A stretch of 61,307 nucleotides of DNA, filler included, from Dimargaris cristalligena (Eukaryota): assembly GCA_003614675.1 (NCBI GenBank). It is 3 parts of 3 records of this genome, joined end to end, with 100 filler letters (N's around TTAATTAATTAA, not from the genome) between each part and the next. Parts side by side here need not be neighbours in the genome. Positions count along the whole stretch, not along the records: positions 1 to 20,498 come from ML002697.1; positions 20,599 to 40,932 come from ML002700.1; 1 more part is not named here. The stretch is one strand, 5' to 3'. The notes beneath the pieces are model-generated. The model saw only the letters and a program-made list of their open reading frames with translations, ran no database searches and was not told where the DNA came from. The first letter of the stretch is position 1; the number at the start of each line of letters is the position of its first letter. The position numbers and the translations under genes are program-made. Positions 13,804-25,662 of this stretch are shown here, one piece after another.

Positions 13804-14957
13804 GGTAGCGGGGTCACGTCGAATGAGGGCTGCCGAAGTAAACGAGGCGAACTTATAGAGTATGTTGAAAAGCAGTAGCTGGACTAGCTGCAAGGTAATG
13901 TGAGTGGAAGCACGAGGAAGGGGAGGGGTTAATAAACGAGGAATAAAACTCTACCAAGTCGGAGGCCATTGGTTCGACTTATAAACGAATTGAAGAGCCG
14001 AGTTAAGGTGTAGAAAGGTGGCGGAGTGAAGCGAAGGAGGTACTCAAAGCCCCTCTCGTTCGCGGAACAATATAGTACTGATTAGACTAGTCTCGCCATA
14101 GCTTCCACTACTGCCCTTTAAGGACCCGCTAGTCCTACCATATGACTCCTCCGGTGACGCTGCCATCAGGCCCCCGCAGCGGCCATTAGCTGAGTGATGC
14201 CATTCCCTTCCATTATCGTCGTTTCCATCGCTAATTTGGCTTAATTTATCAATCAAATGACCCATTCTCGTCGCTTAATAGCCTTGTGATCGCGACTCCT
14301 GCTGATCTCCGGATTCCCTTCTTGTTGATGTTATAAGGATGGGTTGACGTACTCTGCTGTGAGCATCACCTGTCTAAATTTACGTGTCTTCCAACTGAAT
14401 AAAACGACAGTCACATATCCGGTCACCGCGTGCAACTCAGTAGCCTACACCGAGAAAGGCTTGAAGGGTGGCTTCATAATTGTAACTATAGCAAGCCATA
14501 CAGGATTAACACTCGTTAATTTCTCTAGTCTTCCTACCGCGGATCACGTAGGCAGCTCAATTATAGTCGGGTTACTTTCGGTATAATTTGGCCACCTCCA
14601 AAACGCCACTCTGTGTAACGCTAAATTCAGGTGGTTAATAGCACTATCTTTTAATATCCGATACCAAAGATAATCGCTCCACCAATCACACACCCAGCAC
14701 CTTTCGCCGGTTAGATAAGGCACTAGAAGCCTAGATATAACCTTCAATGGAGCGACGACTACCCTACTGCCCCTTCCTTAATATACCTGCACGTTGTGCG
14801 AACCCAGCCCCTCTCACTTAAGCAGGACCTCTCTACGAATCCACCCCATCTCCGTCTGACTTCTGTAATTTTCTGTTTTCGCTAGTATCTGCCATACAAA
14901 CTAGCGTTCACCCGATTCCGAAACCTCTCGACCACTCCCCCCAGTTCATTAACCACC

Positions 14958-17900
14958 ATGCCCGTCCTTGCGGCCCTGGGCCTAACCCCCATTTGCCGCT
15001 TGCCCAACACTTGCCGACCTGTGGCTCTCTGGACTCAAGCCCAGTCCCGCTGGTCTGTTTTATCGAGAGGACTAGTAACTGGTAGGGGTGCGTATTCTTC
15101 TTTTCCTGCCCCACCCCTTCCCCTCTTTTCCAAGGCCTACGAATTGGCCAACGCGGGAGGGGACTTGGCTAATAAACCCGCTATCGTTGACGCCCAGGGG
15201 GAGCATTCGTATGCGAGGCTTCAGCACGATATTACCAAACTGCGTAACAGCCTGTTGGCCCAAACTAAGGACCACAACCTTAAAGAGGAGCGAGTGGCCT
15301 ATTTGTGTCCCAATGGGTACCACTATGTGCCGACCCAATGGTCAATCTGGGCCTCCGGCGGTATTGCGGTACCTCTGAGTCAGTAAGTGATGTGTATAAT
15401 CTGCCAATGAGCCAATTACTTGTCCTCCGTGTGGTAAATACCATGATCCAAGGCGACCCGAGGCCCAAGATCCATATACGCCAATGCTCTAAAGAAGATA
15501 TCGTTATACTCGATCACTTTAGACCATGGCCCAGGGAAATAGTTTGGCAATTGGACTCTATTCTCACCATTCAGTTCTTCATTATCACTTAAGAAATGTC
15601 TGAGCTATAGTAACCCAGTACCCTTATTTCTCCCGAATGTATTTTTGGAATGATTAATTACCAATCCAATCTAATCTAATCCGACACAGCCTACACCCAC
15701 CGGCGGAGATGGAATATTTCATTCGCGATTCGCAAGCCTCCACGCTTATATACCATCCGGCTTTTGAAAGCACTATTGAAAAACTGAGTCCCGCCGTTCT
15801 CTCCGGCTTGCGGGTGATGAATGTGGTGGATGCGCTATCTTCCGCACAAGAAACCCCCCACATCGAGGTAAGCTAAGCGAATAGTGCCTATTTTCTTGGG
15901 CACCTGGTCAATTTTGATCACCGTGGGCCGGCGATAAACTCGACATGGTAGACCCCTAGCAGCGTATTAATATTGAAAATACATGCACGGTTTAATTATT
16001 CCCTCGACAGGAGCCCAAAATATCACCGGATCAGCGGGCCCTGATCATTTATACTAGTGGGACAACCGGTAAGTAGTGTGTAATCCAAAAGGGGAATTTC
16101 GCTGATTATCCAGAATCGCGAGTACGAGTTCAATTACAAGTTCCTCGGCGAATGTCTATTCCTTCGGCCTCTTGGTCCAACCCAATGCCGGGTTAGTAAT
16201 ACACGTAGTTTGAGTGCTATCCTTTTAACGCCTCAATACAATAGGAAAGCCCAAGGGTGTTGTAACCACCCACAACATCATCGCCACCCAGGTCGACATT
16301 CTCGTTTCCTCCTGGAATTGGACGGTCACCGATCGCATTCACCACGTATTGCCGCTGCATCACGTTCATGTAAGTCCATTGCTTATTAAACAGTTTCCCT
16401 ATGGGCTTGATTAATAGGTCCCGCAATATAGTTTAATGTACCATAGGCACCCCACTTGTTTTACATTCGTATTTATTGGATATTGTCAACTGCCCGCACA
16501 GTCTCCACTAACTAAGCAAGACTATCCTCAAAGCTCGATTCGACTTTAAATATCCTAACTATAAACCACCACTGCCTTTTGCACAATCCCCTATTATATT
16601 GATCAACCGACAACCTATACCCAGGGTGTTATTAATGTAGGTCATAAATCGCACCATACCCTTTATTGCTGAAATCAGCTTACCATGAATCCACCGGGAT
16701 CATTAATATGGCCTGGGATGTAGCCCTATGTCCGCTTAATTCCCCACAACATGTTGAATACGACAAACCTCATTATTGACGGCTTCCACTCCTTGGTTTG
16801 ATACTCTTGTATGCATAACACGGGCACATTCAGGCACTCAATTGTGGTTTGGCAAGTGGAGCTACTGTGGAAATGGCACCCAAATTCGACGCGGACAAAG
16901 TATGGAAGCGCTGGATTGAAGGCCCGCACAACCTAACTTTGTTTATGGCGGTGCCCGCCATGTACAGTAAGTTCGCTTCCTTATCTACACCAAACGGGTA
17001 TTTTCGGAATAACACACGAGCCTACCGGCTGAATGACTCATTGCCAGTGCTTCATACTTAAATCCCGCTTAATCTAATTAACCCACACCCGGCTGTTCCG
17101 CCGAAATTGCCTCAACCATCCCTTTTGCCCTCTCTCTTTTTCAGGTAAATTGGTACAGGCTTATGATAAGATGTCGCCGGAGAACCAGGCCCGGGCCCGT
17201 GAGGCCTGCTTTCAATTCCGATTGATGGTTTCGGGGTCAAGTGCCTTGCCCAGCCCCTTGTTTAACCGCTGGCGCGAGATTTCGGGCCATGTCTTACTCG
17301 AACGCTACGGAATGACGGAAATCGGAATGGCGCTGGGCAACTCCGCCTCAGACCCCGAACTTCGTAAAGAGGTAGGTTGAAAAGGTGTATGGAGCGCTAA
17401 GCAACATGTCCTTCAGTCGGAGGAATATGCGCTCATGTCTACCAGATAGTTCCCATCAGTCACTGCCCGTGACCATAGCCTCGGAAGGCTTCACAGCTCA
17501 CCAATGTACTCATCTGCAACCGTCTACTCTCGGGGGACTGCCACTAATATGTGGTTTTATATTGCCAAAACTCTTGTATACCCCCTCCCAACCAACCAAC
17601 CAACCACCACTATACCACCACCTGTCACACTCTATTCTTAATTATTAGGGCAGTGTTGGTTACCCCTTTCCAGGTGTTGCCCTCCGCCTCCATGATGAAC
17701 AAGGGAACGACGTGACCTCCCTCCACGACACGCCAGGCGAGCTCCTGGTCGCTGGTCCCAGTGTATTCAAGGAGTACTGGAATCTCCCCGAAAAAACGGC
17801 CGAGGCATTCACCGATCAAGTCTGGTTTAAAACGGGAGATACGGCCGCCCAAGATACTACTGACGGCACATGGCGTATTCTAGGACGCAACAGCCAGGAT

Positions 17901-18230
17901 ATTTTAAAAAGCGGTGGGTACAAAATCAGCGCCCTGGAGATTGAACGGGAGCTCCTGGCCCATCCACGTATTGCGGACGTGGCCGTGGTGGGGGTGTCCG
18001 ATGACGTGCTGGGCCAGCGCATCACGGCGATAATTAAAGAGAAGCCAAAAGTGGAGGGAGAGTTGGAGCAACTGTCACCGCTGACTGAGGAAATCATCTA
18101 CCAGTTCTGTGAACCTCGCATGGCTAAGTATAAGATCCCGCGGGCTATTAAGGTGATTGACTACGATGTACCCCGTAATGCGATGGGCAAAATTAACAAG
18201 AAGGATCTCGTTCGACGTTTCTTTGGTTAG
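14958..18230 (+). CDS. Acyl-CoA synthetase, malonyl-CoA synthetase (ACSF3/MatB)-like, 8 exons, ~579 aa
   Basis: Exons 14958-15382, 15690-15867, 16011-16068, 16245-16369, 16625-16636, 16834-16966, 17145-17371, 17649-18230 sum to 1740 nt in frame. Motifs IYTSGTTGKPKGV, LPLHHVHG, LMVSGSSAL, LLERYGMTEIGM (ACSF3-type), WFKTGD, KSGGYKISALEIE, PRNAMGKINKK. The N-terminus resembles a mitochondrial presequence. Confidence 0.88.
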
Positions 18231-20447
18231 CTGGAGAGGGAAACCCCGTACGCCAATCCGCGATCCATCCAGGCAGTTAGTACCCAAACTGATAACTGTT
18301 TTCCGAAGGAAAGCGGTACATAAATGAGTATTAGTGTAGACTTTTTTTTGAACTATTTGGTTCCAGAATTCTAAATAATAAACTGGTTTAATTATATGTA
18401 ACCTGTATTGCTATTTCCTCCCGCCAGGGTGCCTGTTACTCGTCGGCTTAATCCCAAATTTAAGTCGGTGGTTCCAACGTCTAATGCAATTGGTATCGGA
18501 TGCCAAAGCATGTAGAGCACGGTGATTCCCGACGTTTAACAATAAACGGGCACGGGCAAGGCGGGGCCACTCCCCACACTCGTCTCTCTGGGGAGGCCGC
18601 GTAAGCCGGTTTACGTTTTTCTTACGAACCCCAGTCTCACTCGAGGTATAGTCCGCCACCTATCTGCCGATGCGGCGATTCAACCGGTATCACCCCTTCC
18701 TGATGATTTTCCTTATCCAGGTACGCTACCCATTCTTATTTTTATTCTTATGGCTGTCTATTTCAGACCAGATTGCTAGAAAAAAACTCACCATTCTGTG
18801 GGTTGCCAAGGTGATGGTGGCGGGGGGTACAAGTTCATGTGGAAGTAGTACAGCACAACTGTACGTCGCTGCCGACAAAGCCGATCCGGTTGGCATTGTC
18901 CGACTGAGAAAGGGGGCCATATAAATCCTCGGTCCGTTGGAATCCTAATTGGTCAGAAGGAATCGCCACGGATTATTTTGGGGGCGCGGCACTACTTTGC
19001 ATCTTTGGGGAGATAGGGTGTATTTATTATCAAGATTACCTTGGTTATGAAGCATTATAACAAAAGAGATACGGCTTCTCTTCACCATCCCATTTCGGGC
19101 CCCGCCTACTCGCGCATAAGTTTTTCTTCTTACGATTGAAGGCTCTGAAACCCCGACTACCAGAAGGAGTTAAAATGTCAAAGTGCGGCTAATCAAACAA
19201 GCAGACGGGTTCCAAGCTCCCCTCTCCCTGGAACGGACTGTTTGGAACCCGGGTATTATTTCAGTTCATACGCATCTCCTCTTCCCCCTAACCCTCCTGC
19301 CCCGCTTCTCATTTAGCGGATCATTTTTACTACCGCTTGTTTTTATTTTTAGCCAGACGGCATGCACTTGGAGTATTTAGTGGGAGAAGGGGGCGTGCAT
19401 GATCCCGCCGCTTCGACTGGTTAGCCAACTGAGGGATCTCTAGTGAGGTTGACTAAAGGCCACCCACCGCCGGATAAACGTAATCTGTGACCTAACGAAG
19501 GGCCTGGAAGTGAAGATGGGAATGTATTGTGCGGTAGGCGAGTAGGAGGTGCCCATACGCTCATGGGTCACAGTAGTATTCAGCTCTGCGTGCCGGTGTA
19601 GGAGGGCTCGGTGGGGGCTGGTGCAAGAATCGACGGGATGGGCCAAGTAAGATATAGGTGCGAAATGGGCTGGGTTGGATTCCCATTTGGTGCAGCTCTG
19701 TATGTCTCTTCTCCTTAAATCTCCCCTCTTTCTTCTTTCCCCTCCCCCCAGCGGTTTTTTTTATCTGCAATAGATGTCATTCACCTAGGGAAGATTCAGG
19801 TCCCCGAATCCCAAAAAAAACACACAGCCAAGGAGACTGCGGGGTGGGGGAGTAAGGGAAGGGGGTGTACGAAACCAGTAACATCTCACCTTCCCCGTAG
19901 AGGCTTCGGGATTCAACGGCGCCCATTAGAGGGGAAATAATAATGCTATGCAGCTGACATCAACCGGCAGGGGGAAGGTGAAGCAGAGGCGTAGGGGGGC
20001 GACTAGCAACCGCCTAGGGGGGGTTCTTATATAAACCCCGGGGGATCCCCTGGTTTCAAAATTCCACTACCGTAGCTTTCTTATTACATACCGATCTTAC
20101 CTGGCTAGTTGACTGGTTCCGATTAGCCTCCTTCTATCCTATTGATTAGTATACCCCTCCTACGCTTACTTGCCAATTGTGCTTCAGATTTCGAGCGACA
20201 TTTGCTCTCGATTTCTCCTTGCTCTCAACTCTATTTCCTTATCTAACGATCCCCTTCCCATTCAAGGCACTTCATTCTATCGGGCGTCTATTCCGAAACT
20301 CCCCCCCTGATTATCTGCTCTGATTTTTGTATTATTCCATCGCATCCCCAATCTTCGATTAATCAACTTACTTTTTTGATTACTTACACTCACTAAATCA
20401 ACCCAACCCAACCTACTCCGCGCCCCACCTTTCCCTTATAAAGCACC

Positions 20448-20498
20448 ATGCGTATCGCGTCTGTCAAGACCCTGACCGTCCTCACTCTGGGCATGCTG
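20448..20498 (+). CDS. Start of a probable secreted protein, cut off by the contig end
   Basis: ACCATG context, MRIASVKTLTVLTLGML resembles a signal peptide, pyrimidine-rich leader, and TATATAAA near 20028. Confidence 0.45.
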
Positions 20499-20598
20499 NN
20501 NNNNNNNNNNNNNNNNNNNNNNNNNNNNNNNNNNNNNNNNNNTTAATTAATTAANNNNNNNNNNNNNNNNNNNNNNNNNNNNNNNNNNNNNNNNNNNN
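20499..20598. other. Artificial contig linker
   Basis: 44 N + TTAATTAATTAA (stop codons in all six frames) + 44 N. Confidence 0.97.
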
Positions 20599-20651
20599 AA
20601 GTATCTCCGCCTGTCACGCGGAAGACCAGGGTTCAATTCCCTGTTGGAGAG
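20599..20651 (+). tRNA. tRNA-Asp(GTC), 5' truncated by the contig start
   Basis: Anticodon stem TCCGC/GCGGA with loop CT-GTC-AC; T-arm CAGGG-TTCAATT-CCCTG; 3' acceptor strand TTGGAGA plus G; a T-run follows. Confidence 0.85.
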
Positions 20652-21143
20652 TTCTATTTTTCATTCTTTTATCCCGTTTTGGTTCTAATGAAACCTGATT
20701 CCAAAGTGCTATGTAATCGACCGCCGGCTTTTGCATTCTAAGAGGACCTCGTCGAATGACTCGGGTAATCGTCCATCAGTACATTGCCTGGACGCTGTTT
20801 TTTCATTCCAATATGGGCTATGTGGAGAATATCAGAAGAAAACGGCCAATGTAAGAGACGTGAGGTTATAATTAATTAATTGAATCAAGAGAAAAGAAAG
20901 GGAAAGAGAATGTGGAACGCCTGCGAAACCGGCAGGCCTATATTATATATATGTATATACATATATATAATACAGAGCATTTACACGGTGATTTAGCCAT
21001 ACGCAAAACGTGTCATTATTCAGAAGAGCCCCAATTTAATTTTATATGATAAATAGCACAAATTCCATTACTTTATACATACTGTGGGATGTGTCTTGTA
21101 TGATTGATGGCAAGGGGTTCAGGAGCACTCATTAATTTAGTAT

Positions 21144-21477
21144 TGCAACCTGAGGAGGCCTCCCCCCCCCCATAGGATGGAGGCCGATCTCTCCCACAGT
21201 AACTCCTCCCTGAGGGAGGAAGACCTACGGGACTATGGCAGTGAAAGGCCAACCCGCCTAATGGAAGAGGACGCCCTCCCCCCAACGGCACAAGAGCAGC
21301 ACCTCATCCAGGAGGAATAAAATACACCGACCCGAGTGGCCAGCTTTGTCCCTTGTCTTAGAAATAAATACTTAACATTTCAACTCGTTTATAGTCATTA
21401 TTTATCTACCTGCCCCACTCGGCATCCTTTGTTATTTTACATATAGTTCTTGGCCCTACTCGGCCCACTTAGTTACA
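21144..21477 (+). mobile_element. Solo LTR (334 bp), family A copy 1
   Basis: TGCAAC...GTTACA termini, perfect 4-bp TSD GTAT, internal AATAAA, collinear similarity to 22228-22558. Confidence 0.7.
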
Positions 21478-22227
21478 GTATTACTTGATTGCCCAAAAAC
21501 CGCTGGAATGTTTCAGCCATGTTTTAATTGGCAAGATATAAAGCTGCTAATTCACCAAAAAGGGGAGCATGCTAGGTCATCAGATATTGGTATATTCAGT
21601 ATCTCAGCCTACTCAATCAATGATGAATTAGTTTTCTTGATCTTTACCATGACTGAGGTGTCATGCAAGGGTAACTGTCCTATCACGTTGAAAGTCCATC
21701 TCACTAAGCACCACCAATATACATGCCACTGCAACTAATATCGATACACTATAATCTTCTGTGACAATGCTCCCCTGGACTATTCACTATACTACTATAC
21801 ATCGCTTCTTGGCATTTGTATTTTCAATGATGTGGATTGATCAGAAGATCAGTTCCAAATGTACACCGATAGACTCCCTGGCCTTGTGAAATGTGCTAAA
21901 TTCGATTATAGAGAATGTCATAGCATCCATCAAAAGTTTCATGGTGCAGTCCTTTGTGAAACATACTAATGATGGTTGGGGTAGGAGGTCAGTGCTCAAT
22001 CCCTAAGGGTGAAGGATTCTATGGACTACCATGCCTTTGCTTTAAAACTGCTAAAACCTGGCATAATGGCACCAATTCAACCTGAATATTAGATTATCGA
22101 AGCCTGAAATTAGATGCATAAGATAATGGTAGGGTCCGTGAAGAGTAAAATCCCAGTGACAGAATAGCTAACATATTTGAAGACTATAGCATTCCGGCTT
22201 AAATTCGGAGTGTCCGTGACATAGTAC

Positions 22228-22558
22228 TGTAACCGAGGGGAAACCCCGCCCCACACAGTCAGAGGAGAATAGTCGACCTCGCAGTACTCTTCCTCAGGAG
22301 GACGACCAACCGATGTATAGGGGGGGGTCCAACTAGCCTCCCTGATGGAAGTGGATGGCCCTTTCCCGCCAATACAAGAGCTCTACATCTCATCCCAGAG
22401 GAATGGGGCTAACCACCCAACCTGCGACAAAGAATTATGTTGTCTTTAAATAAACTACTATTATTCTATTAATACACATAGTTATTTCACATCCACATCC
22501 GCTCATCCCAGTATACTTTCTTTACACTAGGTTTTACCCCACTTGGCACTAGATTACA
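22228..22558 (+). mobile_element. Solo LTR (331 bp), family A copy 2
   Basis: TGTAAC...ATTACA termini with flanks GTAC/GTAA. Shares blocks with copy 1: ATGGAAG, ACAAGAGC, CTCATCC-N2-GAGGAAT, TTGTCTT, AAATAAA, and CACT..AG.TTACA at the end. Confidence 0.65.
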
Positions 22559-22783
22559 GTAACACCTCTGTGAATACCCCGGCTTATCTGTCTATGGCTG
22601 CTTCCCGATTGATTTGAATAAAACGCTGGGAACCTGATTGACTGATATACCACAATATAAATCGCAATGAAGTTTAGATGATTCATGGTGGAAACCAGCC
22701 ACATCGACCAACAAAATCAGCGTGAGTAATCGGAACATTTCCTTTTTAATATAGTAATTATCCTGCATAATTTTGCATGGTAG

Positions 22784-22855
22784 TCCGAAATGGTCCAATG
22801 GTCAGGATTTCACGCTCTCACCGTGACGGTCGGGGTTCAATTCCCCGTTTCGGAG
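22784..22855 (+). tRNA. tRNA-Glu(CTC)
   Basis: Acceptor stem TCCGAAA/TTTCGGA; anticodon stem TCACG/CGTGA with loop CT-CTC-AC; T-arm CGGGG-TTCAATT-CCCCG; 72 nt; poly-T terminator just downstream. Confidence 0.95.
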
Positions 22856-22904
22856 TCTCTTTTTTGTTTTCCGGGTAGGTTTACACAAGTATTACTTTGC
22901 TTGG

Positions 22905-23595
22905 TGTTTGCGGATACGGGTAAATTAGAGATCCGTTAGAGGTTGATGAATGCATATTTCATTTTGCCCGATCCATTTTTTATAATAATATCCGGCAGCG
23001 CATGAAACGTATCTACCCTGGGGATCCGTTTCCAACCCTTACTGCTACACATGGTGTGCTTTATCAATATATCGGATACGACAACACAATAGCCGGATGC
23101 AGAAGCCCACCCTAATTTTCCCTGGCATGACGACCATAACCTCGGTTGGTTTGCCATTGTCAATGATTTACTGATCCGATAACCGATTGTATTCGGATTG
23201 CTTATTCTGAGCCACCTAAACTATTACCGCCCTATATTTAGTGACCCTTGCACTCACTGTTATGGTATAAATACCTGCCGAACTATCAAATCATGAATAA
23301 AGAGACCAGTGTATCCTCAAGCCTCGTTGAGTATTGTCCAGTACTAGTGTTTAGTTGTTTCTCCCGTGTCCTGTTTTTATTCTAGTGTTGTTCCTAGTGT
23401 CGTCTAGTATCCTCCGAATATCATTATTATTTAGTATTTTTCAACGTCGATTATCTATACCATAGGTGGTAGGAATCCTTTCCGCCTCCTGTGCCCCGTT
23501 TCTCCCGAGCTCCCCACAATAACCCCTTACCCCCACAGCCCTACAGGCTCCATTACGCATCAGCACATCTTAATTCAGTCGGATTGCCGCAAACA
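22905..23595 (+). mobile_element. Solo-LTR-like or TIR element (691 bp), family B
   Basis: Perfect terminal inverted repeat TGTTTGCGG...CCGCAAACA (extends to 11 bp). Internal TATAAATA (~23266) and AATAAA (~23297) in LTR-like order. No TSD evident. Confidence 0.5.
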
Positions 23596-23829
23596 CCCCC
23601 AGGTGCTATACTGAGTTTTCGTCCCCCCATATTCAACAAGTAGAAGGGAAAGGGAGAATGAAGCCGTAGTAGGAAGCGAACTAGGCACCCAATGGGGTGA
23701 TATTTATTAGATAGTAGTAGGGTTCGGCCAAGGTGAAAGATTTAGAATATATAAACTATAGAGTGGGAGGGTGGGGGGACTGTGAATAGAGCGGACCCAG
23801 GGGAAGGAGAAGAAGGGGGTGTTGGGGTT

Positions 23830-25561
23830 TCAAACTCTTCCATTTTGCACCGAGGGACACTGAATCAGCACCCGGTAAGCCAAATCCGATTCATAATACT
23901 CGTTGGGTGTGTTTGTTACCGCAAGGGAGGTGGCTCTAGCGGGCGACTGGGTGGAGAGAGATGAGTGAGAAGAAGAAGGTGTGGTGGTGGTTGTAGTGGT
24001 ACCTTCGCTTCCATCTAATAGTTGGGACTTGGGCACCCATTGTACCAGCCGACCCTGGGTATCCCACGCCAAGGCATGGTGATTAAGAATGTGCCCATAG
24101 CATTTGTGGGCACTGCGCAGGGGTGATCTGGCGACGGTGGGCGAGTTGATGGTGGCGGTGGTGGTTTGGGTGTAATCCCAGATGGTGTCCATGTACTCGG
24201 CCGCCGACCTGAATCCCCAGAAATGGAGACACTGCACATGAAGCCCGTGACCGCGGTCGAATTGGTGCGCGGGGGGTACGGCCGCCCGAACGTCATGGCG
24301 TTCCAACAGCCGGCCCAGCGTACGAATAAACTCGGTGCGGGCTTCCGAAGGTCCTTTTAGAAGGGCCAGGGTCATGACAAAACGGCCCCAGGTGGGGATC
24401 ATGTCCTGGCGTACCGGAACTTGGTATACATAAGGTTCGGCGGAGGAGGGGCCGGTGAAAAATTCGTAGATATCCTGAAGGCGGCCGTCCTGAAGCCAAT
24501 ACCATAAAGTTACGTAAATTGCCCGGGTGATGAAGTCGGGCAACACTTCGCGAATCGGTAAATGATGGGCAATAGGGAGCATATCCAAATACCCTTCCGG
24601 GAAGGTTAAATTGGCCTGGAGGGATGGGGGGGCCAAAGCTGGAGTTGGGTCTGGATTCGGTAAGGCAGGATTCGATTCAATTGACTGAGAGGTTTTGCTT
24701 CGGGCCGCCTCTCGCAACTCCCATAATTGAATTAATGTGGAGCCCTGCAATCCCGCTACCAAGGGAAACTGGCGGGGAAATTCGGAAGCTACTTCCAGGG
24801 GGCCGAGTAAAAGGGGATAACGAGTGTTGTGGTTGATGATGGGAAGGTGGCGATTGGCCAACACGAATTGTTCAAAGTCGCCCCATGACCGACAGTATTC
24901 CGCTTCGTTCGCGGGGGTAATTACCTGTTCCTCCTGATAACGGCGTCGGGATATGTCGTCGGCAATATGCAATGTACTATCCAGGATTTCCTTGGAGGCG
25001 AGGGCCAGCCATACAGCGGAGAGATGGTCCCAGAGACTTTGGTCTGAATAGGCGGCACGGGTTTTCTTAAAGATCTGTAATATATTCGAAGGATAGGTAA
25101 GCGCGGATGATTTGATGAGGGGTGTTAGATGTTGGGAGAGAGCCCAATAAATAAAAATTGTCGACAGAATCTTGGGTAAAATGCCCACAATTTATGTTCG
25201 ATGGAGTACTGCATTGATATTAGGGTTCATTATTAAAGAGGGTTTTATAACAGATCTTCTTATCATCCACACCCCGCCCCGAAAATGCGGCTCATCAACC
25301 TACCTGGCTTAAGAATTGACGCCGCATGGGATTCAAAGGCATATCATTTTTGAGTAAATAAAATTGAGTCAGGGGATCGGTTTGGGATATGACTATTTCG
25401 GTAATCTCAGGAGGCAGTTGTTTCCAGATTGGCAGTTGAGCATCGCTTGCAGAAGTCTCCTTCGATGGACAATCAGTGCACGGAACGCCCAAACACAGTG
25501 TCAGAGGAATCAGATCACTGATCCCCACCACTACCAGACCAATTGAAAAGGGAATTCGCAT
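23830..25561 (-). CDS. Secreted hypothetical protein with an N-terminal F-box-like motif, ~500 aa
   Basis: Exons 25561-25304 and 25074-23830 (CAG|GTAGGT...TTACAG|ATC, phase 0). Signal-like MRIPFSIGLVVVGISDLIPLTLC, then LPIWKQLPPEITEIVISQTDPLTQFYL. Confidence 0.65.
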
Positions 25562-25627
25562 GATGTTGTAGTAATTAAAGTGTACAATGGTACTTGGGAG
25601 AGGTAAAAAGACGTTCGTTACGACGGA

Positions 25628-25630
<3 letters not shown>

Positions 25631-25659
<29 letters not shown>
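25631..25659. repeat. (TA)n microsatellite upstream of the secreted F-box-like gene
   Basis: Perfect TA run. Similar runs occur near 11080, 29030, 29181, 34808, 39485 and 59772. Confidence 0.85.

Positions 25660-25662
<3 letters not shown>

Noticed and set aside
20543-20554. TTAATTAATTAA as a biological motif
   Set aside because: Artificial six-frame-stop spacer within N runs.
21144-22558. Reading the two family-A LTRs as one intact element (TRIM-like)
   Set aside because: Copy 1 has its own TSD, the copies are strongly diverged, and no PBS or PPT is evident.
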